In this document: in pieces, positions 37,420 to 47,113 of the stretch
Position numbering within the stretch: the first letter of the stretch is position 1
Layout of the letters: every line of letters begins with the position of its first letter
Origin: Bacilli bacterium
GTDB lineage: Bacteria; Bacillota_I; Bacilli_A; RF39; UBA660
NCBI GenBank assembly: GCA_017462455.1
Contig: JAFTRC010000056.1
Coordinates: forward strand, 12,078 to 76,077
Direction: 5' to 3'
Length of the DNA: 64,000 nucleotides
Notes under the pieces: model-generated
The model's input: the letters and a program-made list of their open reading frames with translations, nothing else
What the model was told of the DNA's origin: nothing
Database searches by the model: none
Position numbers and translations under genes: made by a program

Positions 37420-39510
37420 ATGAAATTAAGGTTTAGAGCTGATGCTAAAGACGTTATAATATTTTGTATATTTGCAGTAGTATGGTTATTTGTAGTAGCT
37501 TTTGCGGTAGCTAATGTTTCTGCTTTTTTAAACGGAGAATCTTTTACTTTTAATCCGTTTTTAGGATTTTTACCTCAAAATTTGGCAGCAACTTTAATAT
37601 GTTTTGTTGCTGGTATTGTAGCTGCTTTTGTTGGAGTAAAATCAGTTTTCTTTGAAAAGGAAGATGAGAGAGGAATAGGACTTTCTATAGGCCAAAAAAA
37701 AGAAAAAAATTACTCTAGATGGGCAAAAGATAGTGAAATAGAAAAAGGTATAGATGTTAAAGCAGTTGATCCTTTATCTCCTAAAGCGGATGCTGCAGGA
37801 ATTCCTTTAAAAATGACACCTAAAAAAGTATGGGTTGATAATGGTGGATATCATAATCTTGTAATAGGTTCTACTGGTGCTGGTAAAACTCAAACTACAG
37901 TTTTACCTATGGTAAACTTACTTGCTAAGCACGATGAATCTATGATTATAACAGACCCTAAGGGAGAAATTTATGAAAATACTTCTAATTATTTAAAAAG
38001 TTTAGGATATAACATAGTTCTTTTAAACTTTCGTGATCCACAACAGGGAAATGCTTGGAATCCTATGTATTTACCATATTCGTTATATAAAGATGGTAAT
38101 ATAGATAAGTCAGTAGAGTTACTTGAAGATTTAGCTGCTAATATATTAAAAGATCCAAGTGCTAAAGGACAAGACCCTTTCTGGGAAAACACTTCTGCAG
38201 ATTATTTTGCAGGTTTAGCATGTGCTTTATTTGATGATGCTAAAGAGGAAGAAATAAACTTAAATAGTATAAGTTTAATGACAACAATTGGAGAAGAAAA
38301 ACTAGCTAATACAACTTACGTTAAGGATTACTTTAGTTATAAAGATCCAGCAGGAACTGCTTATACTAAGGCTTCATCAACTTTGATGGCTCCAAGTGAA
38401 ACTAAAGGTAGTATTCTATCAGTATTTAAGCAAAAAATACAATTGTTTGCTTCGCGTGCTAATTTATCAGAAATGTTAGCTAATAATGATTTTGATATGC
38501 GTGATATAGGTAGAAAAAAAACAGCTGTATTTATAGTTATTCAAGATGAAAAAACTACTTATCACTCATTAGTTACAATTTTCTTAAAACAATGTTATGA
38601 AACATTAATTTCAGTTGCACAAGAATCTGGCGGAAAATTACCACATAGAACAAACTTTATTTTGGATGAGTTTGCTAATATGCCACCATTAAAAGACGTT
38701 ACAACAATGGTAACAGCTGCTCGTTCAAGAAATATAAGATTTACATTTATTATTCAAAACTTTGCTCAATTATATGAAGTATATGGTAAAGAAAATGGAG
38801 AAACTATCAAAGGTAACTGTGGTAATATAGTTTACTTAATCAGTACAGAGTTATCTGCTTTAGAGGAGATAAGTAAGATGTGTGGTGAAGTTAAATCTAA
38901 AGAAAAAGAAAAGACTTCATCAACGCCTCTTGTTACAGTTAGTGATTTACAAAGACTTAGTCAATGGGAAACAATAATAATAAGACTTAGAACAATGCCT
39001 TTTAAAACAAAATTAACTCCAAACTTCAAAATGAATTGGGGACATAATTTTCCTAAGGCTACTTATCCTCAAAGAGAAAAAAATCCAGTTGAAATATTTG
39101 ATTTAAAAGCTTTTGTAAATAAAAAAAGAGAAGAAAAAATAAATAATATGTTAAATGGAGATTCCCCTGTTGGAGGAGAATCAAAGAGTCCCTTTGGTGG
39201 AGGAGGAATGCCATTTAATCCATTTATGGATTCCGGTAATGCTCCTAAGCCATCAGGTGGTGGCGGATTTAATGTTGATGATTTAGTTAAAAGAATAGAT
39301 GCTAAAATAGCAGAACTTGAAGAAGAAGAAAGACAAGAAAAAGCTAAATTAGAAGCAGAAAATGAATCTAAGGTTGAACCTAAAATAGAAGAATCTAATA
39401 TTGTTTCTTCTGAAAATATTATTAAAAATACTCAAATTAAAGAAGAAAAAACACATAAGAGTGGTATTACAGATGATCAATTTTTTGATGATTTCTTCTT
39501 TGATGAATAA
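37420..39510 (+). CDS. VirD4/TraG-family type IV coupling protein
   Basis: Two N-terminal TM helices, Walker A IGSTGAGKTQT, Walker B NFILDEFANMP, and RSRNIRFTFIIQNFAQL. Confidence 0.85.
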   Translation: MKLRFRADAKDVIIFCIFAVVWLFVVAFAVANVSAFLNGESFTFNPFLGFLPQNLAATLICFVAGIVAAFVGVKSVFFEKEDERGIGLSIGQKKEKNYSRWAKDSEIEKGIDVKAVDPLSPKADAAGIPLKMTPKKVWVDNGGYHNLVIGSTGAGKTQTTVLPMVNLLAKHDESMIITDPKGEIYENTSNYLKSLGYNIVLLNFRDPQQGNAWNPMYLPYSLYKDGNIDKSVELLEDLAANILKDPSAKGQDPFWENTSADYFAGLACALFDDAKEEEINLNSISLMTTIGEEKLANTTYVKDYFSYKDPAGTAYTKASSTLMAPSETKGSILSVFKQKIQLFASRANLSEMLANNDFDMRDIGRKKTAVFIVIQDEKTTYHSLVTIFLKQCYETLISVAQESGGKLPHRTNFILDEFANMPPLKDVTTMVTAARSRNIRFTFIIQNFAQLYEVYGKENGETIKGNCGNIVYLISTELSALEEISKMCGEVKSKEKEKTSSTPLVTVSDLQRLSQWETIIIRLRTMPFKTKLTPNFKMNWGHNFPKATYPQREKNPVEIFDLKAFVNKKREEKINNMLNGDSPVGGESKSPFGGGGMPFNPFMDSGNAPKPSGGGGFNVDDLVKRIDAKIAELEEEERQEKAKLEAENESKVEPKIEESNIVSSENIIKNTQIKEEKTHKSGITDDQFFDDFFFDE

Positions 39511-39532
39511 ACTAATTAACTTTATAAATTAA

Positions 39533-39567
39533 AACCACCCTCATATAATGTATTAGGGTGGTTATTT
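39533..39567 (+). terminator. Rho-independent terminator at the end of the 25-kb locus
   Basis: aaccaccct / agggtggtt forms a 9-bp stem followed by ATTT. Confidence 0.6.
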
Positions 39568-39855
39568 ATGTTTGAAAGCATTTCTGTAACAGAATTAAAA
39601 AAATTAAATAATATAAATTTAATAGATATTAGAAGTATAGAAAAATATAATAATAAACATATATTAAATGCAAGAAATATTCAAATGGAACAACTACTTG
39701 TATATCCTAATAAATATTTAAATAAATATGATAAATATTATATTTATTGCCAAAAAGGAATACAAAGTAGAAAGTTATGCCAAATATTAAAAAATAGTGG
39801 TTATAATGTAGTAAATGTATCTGGTGGGTATGAAGCTTGGGTTTTAAATGAATAA
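39568..39855 (+). CDS. rhodanese-domain protein
   Basis: Active-site loop YCQKGIQSRK and GGYEAW near the C-terminus. Confidence 0.8.
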   Translation: MFESISVTELKKLNNINLIDIRSIEKYNNKHILNARNIQMEQLLVYPNKYLNKYDKYYIYCQKGIQSRKLCQILKNSGYNVVNVSGGYEAWVLNE

Positions 39856-39914
39856 GAAAAAAATCTTATTCATTTTTAGTTTTTTCATGATAAAATATAT
39901 ATAGGGTGATAATA

Positions 39915-40985
39915 ATGGAATATATAATAATATGTTTACTTGTAGTAGTAATTATACTATTAATAATAGTTTTATTTAAAAAGAATAAAAATAAAGAAAC
40001 TGAAGAAAAGATGAATAGGTTAGAAATAAATATAATAAAAGAAATAAGTGATTTTAAAAATGATTTTTCTCGTAGTTTAACTAATGATTTTACTAATCAA
40101 ACAGAAAGACTTGATAATAGATTAAGATTGATAAATGATAAAGTAAATGAAAGATTAGATGAAAATTTTGAAAAAACTAATAAAACTTTTACTAATGTAC
40201 TTGAAAGATTATCTAAAATAGATGAAGCTCAAAAAAAGATAGATACATTATCTGGAGATATAGTTTCTTTACAGGGAGTACTTACTGATAAAAAGACTAG
40301 AGGAATATTTGGAGAAGTTAATTTAGAGCACATACTTTCTAATGTATTTGGTCAGAATAATACTAAAGTTTATCAAATGCAATATACTTTTAGTAACGGT
40401 ACTATTGCTGATTCAGTTTTATTCACACCAGAACCATTAGGTATAATAGCTATAGATTCTAAATTTCCTTTAGAGCACTATCAAATAATGGTTGATAGAA
40501 AAAATAGTAAGGAAGTACGTGATCAAGCAGAAAAAATGTTTAAAGCTGATATGAAAAAACATATAGATGCGATAAGTAGTAAATATATAATTCCTGGTGT
40601 AACAAGTGATCAAGCAATATTGTTTTTACCTGCAGAAGCTATATTTGCAGAAGTTAATGCATATCACACAGAATTATTAGAATATGCTTATAAAAAGAGA
40701 GTATGGATAACAAGTCCTACTACTTTAATAAGTACACTTACAACTATACAAATAATAATAAAGAATATTGAAAGAGATAAGTTTGCTAAAGTTATTCATA
40801 ATGAATTAAGATTACTAGATAGTGAATTTAAACGTTATAAAGATAGATGGGATAAATTATATAGAAGTATAGAAACAGTAAGTAAAGATGTTAAAGATAT
40901 TCATACTACTACTGATAAAATAACTAAAAGATTTAATAGTATTAATCAAGTGGAAATGGGAGAGTTAGATGATAAAGAAGATTAA
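39915..40985 (+). CDS. rmuC: DNA recombination protein RmuC
   Basis: N-terminal TM and coiled coil, then GIFGEVNLEHILSNVFG and IAIDSKFPLEHY. Confidence 0.85.
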   Translation: MEYIIICLLVVVIILLIIVLFKKNKNKETEEKMNRLEINIIKEISDFKNDFSRSLTNDFTNQTERLDNRLRLINDKVNERLDENFEKTNKTFTNVLERLSKIDEAQKKIDTLSGDIVSLQGVLTDKKTRGIFGEVNLEHILSNVFGQNNTKVYQMQYTFSNGTIADSVLFTPEPLGIIAIDSKFPLEHYQIMVDRKNSKEVRDQAEKMFKADMKKHIDAISSKYIIPGVTSDQAILFLPAEAIFAEVNAYHTELLEYAYKKRVWITSPTTLISTLTTIQIIIKNIERDKFAKVIHNELRLLDSEFKRYKDRWDKLYRSIETVSKDVKDIHTTTDKITKRFNSINQVEMGELDDKED

Positions 40986-41559
40986 TATATTACTTATTTT
41001 AATAGCTATAATAGGTAGTTTATATTTTGTTTTTATTAAAGATAATAATATAATATTTATATTAAAAGATATTTCTATAGTATTAACTATAAGTGCTTTA
41101 TATATAGTACAGAAAATATTAAAAATAAAGATACCAGAAGGAATAAACTTTGTTTATATACTATTTATATTCATGGCTCACTTTTTAGGCGTTATATGCG
41201 ATTTATATAGCAAAATATACTGGTTTGACAAGTTTGTACACTTTTTATCTGGATTTGTTGCTGCTTTTGTAGCAATATACTTACTTGTTAAATTTAAAAA
41301 AGATAAAAATATAATATTTTCTATAATATTTATAATATCTTTTTCAGTAATGATAGGATCTCTTTGGGAAGTATTTGAATATTTAGCTAGTTATTATTTT
41401 GAAGTAGATCCTCAAAAAGTAATAGCTACTGGTGTAACAGATACTATGGGAGATATCATAGTAACTCTCTTAGCTTCAATATTAACTTCTATTAGTTATT
41501 ACTTTGAACACAAATATAACTATAATTTATTGATAAAAAAATTTATAAAAATGATATAA
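40969..41559 (+). CDS. polytopic membrane protein (YjdF/DUF2238-like?)
   Basis: Six hydrophobic helices and the segment FVHFLSGFVAAF...GSLWEVFEYL. Confidence 0.5.
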   Translation: MIKKINILLILIAIIGSLYFVFIKDNNIIFILKDISIVLTISALYIVQKILKIKIPEGINFVYILFIFMAHFLGVICDLYSKIYWFDKFVHFLSGFVAAFVAIYLLVKFKKDKNIIFSIIFIISFSVMIGSLWEVFEYLASYYFEVDPQKVIATGVTDTMGDIIVTLLASILTSISYYFEHKYNYNLLIKKFIKMI

Positions 41560-41561
41560 AT

Positions 41562-42923
41562 GAACAGGATAAACGCATGAGTTTTTAAAACTTATGTATT
41601 TTTTAATTGTTTTAATGTTTCTACATCAAGTAACTTAAAAATATTTTCTATTTCGTTTTCAAAAACAAAAGCTATATTTGTTCTAATAATATTTAAGCTT
41701 TTCTTATAATATGTTTGAATAAATTTTAATAATGCCAATGCTATTCTTCTTATTATTCCCAAATTTTTTGCTCCGTTTTTATTAATTGTTTTATTATTAT
41801 CTTCCTTAAAAATTATATCTAATGGTGCATGTAGGTTATTTTCAACTCCCCATTCTGATCTAACACTTCTTGAAAATAACTCTATATCATTTGAGAAACT
41901 AATAATATAATATCTGTCTTCTATTATTATTTTATCTTCTTTTTCAATTGTATTCCTAGCTAATCCGATAGATTTTAGTCCGGGCCACTTTTCTTTTTTA
42001 TTCCTCCATTCAATGTCATTACTCATACAATATTCTCTTGTAATAATTCCATTATGCTCTTTGGAAACAGTCTTTTTATAATTTTCTTTCTTGGCATTTT
42101 CATACAGTTTCTTATCATTAAAATATTCTTTTATTTCTGTATATGTTAATAATTGATTTTCCTTTACTGGCATAACATAATCAGCTTTACCTTTTAATAT
42201 TGCTTTTATTGTATCTACTTGAGTATTTAAGGCATCTGCAGTAACTATACATCCTTCTAATTGCAATTTTTCTAATAGTTTTGGTCCCATTGGGATTTCA
42301 TTACTTTTTTCTGTTATGTAATCTTGAATTAAAGAAAAACCGTAATTGTTTGAGTATACACTCATAGTATTTACAACTGCTTCATCTTTATTAATTCCTG
42401 TACTTCTAACAGAACCTTTTGAGGTTTTCCCATCCATGCTTAGTATATCTCTAGTATTGTTTGCAGTTATTAGATTTATTTTATTTATTAAGTAGTTGAT
42501 TGTATCAGAATATAATGTGTGCGGATTTAAAATAGAAATAACTCTTTGCATAGTATCATGTGAAGGTATTCCATTTGGTAATTCTAAATATTTTCTTAAC
42601 CATTTTTCTTTCTTTTGGGCAAAAGACTCAATTTCAGTCCATTCATCACATTTTGCTAAAACTGCAAATAAAGTAATTAATATAATATCTTCTATTTTAT
42701 ATTTAACATTTGGCTGATATCTAGTATCGTTTTGTTTTTTTACTATAGTTATAATATCTTGTATTCCATCTTTACTTAATTCATCAAAATTTATCTTAAT
42801 CTTATCAAACATTTTACTTAATTCCATTAATTTACTACTTTTTTACTCATACTTTTTATTCCTTTAATACCATTATACACAAAAAAAACACATAAGTTTA
42901 AAAATCATGCGTTTATCCTGCTC
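41562..42923 (-). mobile_element. ISAs1-family insertion sequence with ~28-bp imperfect terminal inverted repeats
   Basis: gaacaggataaacgcatga(g)tttttaaa at 41562-41590 matches the reverse complement of 42895-42923. The 16-bp core caggataaacgcatga is perfect. Confidence 0.85.
41592..42827 (-). CDS. ISAs1-family DDE transposase
   Basis: The N-terminal DTRYQPNVKYKIEDIILITLFAVLAKCDEWTEIESF region is typical of ISAs1 transposases. C-terminal RSEWGVENNLH. Confidence 0.85.
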   Translation of the reverse strand: MELSKMFDKIKINFDELSKDGIQDIITIVKKQNDTRYQPNVKYKIEDIILITLFAVLAKCDEWTEIESFAQKKEKWLRKYLELPNGIPSHDTMQRVISILNPHTLYSDTINYLINKINLITANNTRDILSMDGKTSKGSVRSTGINKDEAVVNTMSVYSNNYGFSLIQDYITEKSNEIPMGPKLLEKLQLEGCIVTADALNTQVDTIKAILKGKADYVMPVKENQLLTYTEIKEYFNDKKLYENAKKENYKKTVSKEHNGIITREYCMSNDIEWRNKKEKWPGLKSIGLARNTIEKEDKIIIEDRYYIISFSNDIELFSRSVRSEWGVENNLHAPLDIIFKEDNNKTINKNGAKNLGIIRRIALALLKFIQTYYKKSLNIIRTNIAFVFENEIENIFKLLDVETLKQLKNT

Positions 42924-43585
42924 TAATATTTTTTCAAATGTTAAACATTAGTTTTAGTATTAGAATTTCTTTATAATTCCTCATTGACAACAGGAACCCA
43001 GTAATAATTTTTTTAAGGTATGTAATATCTTAAAAATAAGATATTACAATAAGTATGGCGAATTATCACTGCCTATTATCAATGATTTGCTTATAAAGAA
43101 ATTATTAGAGTTAGTGGTATCATTTCTACTAATGATATGGTATCATTTTAAAAAAAGATTAGCATAATATCAGGATAAAATTATAAATTAATTTCTAAAA
43201 CTTCGATAGCCCTTTAAAATAAAGGTATGGTTAGATTTTGAAGTCACAAAAACCGTTTGCTAATTTAGCTAATATTACCATCTGAAAATGCAATTTTCAT
43301 ACTAATTCATTCCAAAAATTTAATGTTTAAGTTGAAATCTTTATATTATGTAATATATTTTTATAACAAACATATAAAAAAGAGTTAAATTTAGTGTAAA
43401 ATTTTACATTTTTGCTAATAGATAATGATATGGTTTTTAACATATTGATAGTAAAAAAGCCTTTATTTTATAAGCGTTATATGGATGTCAATATCTAAAA
43501 TTATAATTTTATCGTAACATAATATTTTTTCAAATTGACTTTTAAATAAATGGTTGTTATAATAGACTATGAAAAGAGGAATAAT

Positions 43586-44917
43586 ATGAAGAAAAATTTT
43601 ATTTATATTAGTACGCTATTATTTTCTATGCTTATTAACGTTTCTTTTGCTTATGCTATTCAATGTGATTATTCACCAATTGCAAGTGTAGATGAAGTAG
43701 GAAATTACACAGGACATTTACCTGATTATACTCTTCCTGAGGATTTAAAGTGGATGGAAGAACAAGGTTATTATATTCAACTTGATAGTTACAATTCAGG
43801 AAAAGGGCATCCTGGTGGAGAAGAGGATGTAGAAGGTTGGAGTGAGAGCTCTTGTCCTAATATTATTCGTGTGACAGATGGAGATTGTATATTTTGTGAT
43901 GGTAAGAGATGGTTAGGATATAGTGATTTAGATAGTGCATTAGAAGCTAGCAAGAATGATGCGTATACAGGTTGGTTTAATGATGGGGGAACATATCGTG
44001 ATTATGATACATTTTTTATTTATGATGTGTATTTGAAAGAATTACAAAAAACTGCCACTGATTATGATCACGAGGTTAGTTATACATGTAAATATACTGG
44101 AAAATACTATTTTGAAGTCAAATTCAATAAAGATGGGTATGCTCTTTCTGCAGAGTCAACAATGGAAGATTCTATTAGTTATAACTTTCAATTTGATTTA
44201 TCAGATGCTATGAGAACAACTAAATCAAAAGAAGTAAATAAATGTGAAAACACATATGTGTGCTTATCTAATAGTATTGTATCAAATAATTATGTAGGTA
44301 ATTATTATACAATTTTTGTAGATGAACTTGATTTTGAGGAACATAAATCAGAGTGTAAAGATGATTTGTTTGTTGGAATAATTGCAGATTCAACTGATGA
44401 TTATGATACTGGCTGCAGAACATATGCTACATATATAGAAACATTGGATACTTTTTGGAAAAATTGTGAGAATAATGTTTCATCATGTAAGGATTATAGT
44501 ACTTTAAAAGACAAAGTTTCTAATTTATGTAATAGTCTTACAAAATATGCAGATTATGAAAAGAGTGATTGTTTAAAAAGTTGTTTAAATTTTAAAGATG
44601 ATATTATTAATATTGAGGATACTTCCGAGGATACTGGTTCTTGTGGTTTTTCACAAAGGTTATTAGCCTGGATAGCTAATATTGTGAGATGGATAAAATA
44701 TATAATACCAGTAGCTGTAATAGTGTTAGGTATATTAGACTTTATAAAAGCAGTAGGTGCAGATAAAGACGATGAGCTGAAAAAAGCTCAAGGAAAATTT
44801 ATAAAAAGATTAATAGCTGCAGCTTTAATCTTTATAATACCATTTATAATAGAGTTTGTATTAGATAAAATGGGATTTGGAGAATATATAAGTGGATGTG
44901 GAATTATAGATTTATAA
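43586..44917 (+). CDS. helical-hairpin pilin-like protein, member E, with ~340-aa Cys-rich ectodomain (orphan copy)
   Basis: Start moved to ATG 43586 (signal peptide MKKNFIYISTLLFSMLINVSFAYA). C-terminal core IIPVAVIVLGILDFIKAVGADKDDELKKAQGKFIKRLIAAALIFI. Confidence 0.6.
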   Translation: MKKNFIYISTLLFSMLINVSFAYAIQCDYSPIASVDEVGNYTGHLPDYTLPEDLKWMEEQGYYIQLDSYNSGKGHPGGEEDVEGWSESSCPNIIRVTDGDCIFCDGKRWLGYSDLDSALEASKNDAYTGWFNDGGTYRDYDTFFIYDVYLKELQKTATDYDHEVSYTCKYTGKYYFEVKFNKDGYALSAESTMEDSISYNFQFDLSDAMRTTKSKEVNKCENTYVCLSNSIVSNNYVGNYYTIFVDELDFEEHKSECKDDLFVGIIADSTDDYDTGCRTYATYIETLDTFWKNCENNVSSCKDYSTLKDKVSNLCNSLTKYADYEKSDCLKSCLNFKDDIINIEDTSEDTGSCGFSQRLLAWIANIVRWIKYIIPVAVIVLGILDFIKAVGADKDDELKKAQGKFIKRLIAAALIFIIPFIIEFVLDKMGFGEYISGCGIIDL

Positions 44918-45004
44918 TTCCTTTTTCTTTACACATTTTCTAAAAATTAATTAAAATTTAAATAAATCTATTGAAACTATTATATAAAATAAATTATAAT
45001 ATAA

Positions 45005-47107
45005 TTGGAGGATAATATGGAAGATAAAATTTTAGAAATATTAAGTAGCGATAATAAAGCTTTTGATGTTCATGATATAGAAGCTTTACTAGGTTTTAGT
45101 ACTGCCTGCGAATTAAAAGATTTATTAAAAGAATTAAATAGATTAGAAGATGAATACAAGATATATCGAACTAAAAAAGATAAATATATGTTATTTAGTA
45201 ATAGTAATTTAAAAATTGGTAAATTAATGGGTACTAAGAAAGGTTATGCATTTGTAGATATCGAAGGTGATGAAGATGTATTTATTGCTCAAGATAACTT
45301 AAATGGAGCTATTAATAGTGACCAAGTAATAGTAGAAATAACTTCTAAAAAAGGATTAAGATTAGAAGGTAGAATACTTAAAGTAGTTGAACGAAAGTTA
45401 CAACAATTTGTAGGTAAAGTTTATTTTAAAAAGAATAAGTGCTTAATTGATTTAGATGATAGGAAAGTAAATTTAAATATCATTATTGATGAAGATAAGA
45501 CTTTAGGAGCTGTTAGTGGGCATAAGGTAGTAGTGAGATTGCTTGGTAAAATAGATAATACTAGTTATAAAGGAGCTATTGTAAAAATATTAGGTCATGT
45601 AGATGATCCTGGTGTTGATATATTGAGTATAGCTGCTAAATATGAAATAGAAGAAGAATTCCCTAAAAATGTGGAAGAACAATTAAATAGTATTCCAGAT
45701 CACGTATTAGAAAGTGAATATGAAGGTAGAACTGATTTAAGAGAACAAATGATATTTACTATAGATGGTGCGGATACTAAGGATATAGACGATGCGATTA
45801 GTATTGAAAAGTTAGAAAGCGGTAATTATAAATTGGGAGTACATATAGCTGATGTAAGTTATTATGTAAAAGAAAATACTCCACTAGATGATGAAGCTTA
45901 TAAAAGAGGTACTAGTGTTTATTTAGCTAATACTGTAATACCAATGTTACCTCATCAATTATCTAACGGTATTTGTTCTTTAAATCCTAATGTAGATAGA
46001 TTAGCTATTAGTTGTTCTATGGAAATAGATCCAAATGGAGAAGTAGTAGAATATGATATATTTGAAAGTGTTATTAAATCTAGAATTCAAATGACTTATA
46101 CTAATGTTAATAAGATATTAGAAGAAAACATAGTTGCAGAAGGGTATGAACCTTATGTAGATAGTTTGAGATTAATGAGTGAGTTAGCAGATATACTTAG
46201 AGCTAATAAAGTTAGAAAAGGGTATATTGATTTTGATATAGATGAAGCTAAGATTATAACTGATGAAAATGGTGAAGCTATTGATGTTAAACTACGAGAA
46301 CGCGGAACTGGTGAAAAATTAATAGAAGATTTTATGATAGCTGCTAATGAGACAGTTGCTCGTCATATAACTTATATGGAATATCCATTTATATATCGTG
46401 TACATGGTGAACCAAATGAAGAAAAGATTAATAATTTCTTAAATTTTGTTAGTGTTTTGGGACACAGTGTTCATAAAATGAAGAAAATAACTCCTAAAGC
46501 TATGCAAGAATTATTAGGTGAGTTAAAAGATGTAAAGGAATATCACATCTTGTCACCTCTTTTACTTAGAAGTATGCAAAAAGCTGTATATGATAAAACT
46601 AATATAGGACACTTTGGTCTTGCAAGTAAATGTTATACACACTTTACATCTCCAATAAGAAGATATCCAGATACAACTGTACATAGACTTCTTAGAACAT
46701 ATCTTTTCAACAAAAATATAAATTCAGATACAATAAATTATTGGGAACAAAAATTACCTGTTCTAGCGTTACACACTTCTGAAAGAGAAAGAGCTTCTAT
46801 TGAATGTGAACGTGAAGTGGATGATATGAAAATGGCAGAATATATGGAAAAACATATTGGAGAAGAGTTTACTGGTATAGTATCAAGTGTAATGAGCTTT
46901 GGTATGTTTATTGAACTTCCTAATAAGATAGAAGGTTTAGTGCGTATTGATGACTTAACAGATGATTATTATAGGTATGATGAATCTACATTTGCTTTAG
47001 TTGGAAATAATAATAAACGCGGATATAGATTAGGTGATGAAGTTAAAGTAGTTGTTAAAGCTGCGAGTAAGATAAATCATACTATTGATTTTATACTTAA
47101 AAAGTAG
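45005..47107 (+). CDS. rnr: ribonuclease R
   Basis: RNB motif FTIDGADTKDIDDAISIE and a C-terminal S1 domain EFTGIVSSVMSFGMFIEL. Confidence 0.9.
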   Translation: MEDNMEDKILEILSSDNKAFDVHDIEALLGFSTACELKDLLKELNRLEDEYKIYRTKKDKYMLFSNSNLKIGKLMGTKKGYAFVDIEGDEDVFIAQDNLNGAINSDQVIVEITSKKGLRLEGRILKVVERKLQQFVGKVYFKKNKCLIDLDDRKVNLNIIIDEDKTLGAVSGHKVVVRLLGKIDNTSYKGAIVKILGHVDDPGVDILSIAAKYEIEEEFPKNVEEQLNSIPDHVLESEYEGRTDLREQMIFTIDGADTKDIDDAISIEKLESGNYKLGVHIADVSYYVKENTPLDDEAYKRGTSVYLANTVIPMLPHQLSNGICSLNPNVDRLAISCSMEIDPNGEVVEYDIFESVIKSRIQMTYTNVNKILEENIVAEGYEPYVDSLRLMSELADILRANKVRKGYIDFDIDEAKIITDENGEAIDVKLRERGTGEKLIEDFMIAANETVARHITYMEYPFIYRVHGEPNEEKINNFLNFVSVLGHSVHKMKKITPKAMQELLGELKDVKEYHILSPLLLRSMQKAVYDKTNIGHFGLASKCYTHFTSPIRRYPDTTVHRLLRTYLFNKNINSDTINYWEQKLPVLALHTSERERASIECEREVDDMKMAEYMEKHIGEEFTGIVSSVMSFGMFIELPNKIEGLVRIDDLTDDYYRYDESTFALVGNNNKRGYRLGDEVKVVVKAASKINHTIDFILKK

Positions 47108-47113
47108 GTATTT

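Noticed and set aside
37989-38192. 67-aa minus-strand ORF in the VirD4 gene
   Set aside because: It is a shadow ORF.
42496-42717. 73-aa + ORF inside the IS
   Set aside because: It is antisense to the transposase gene.
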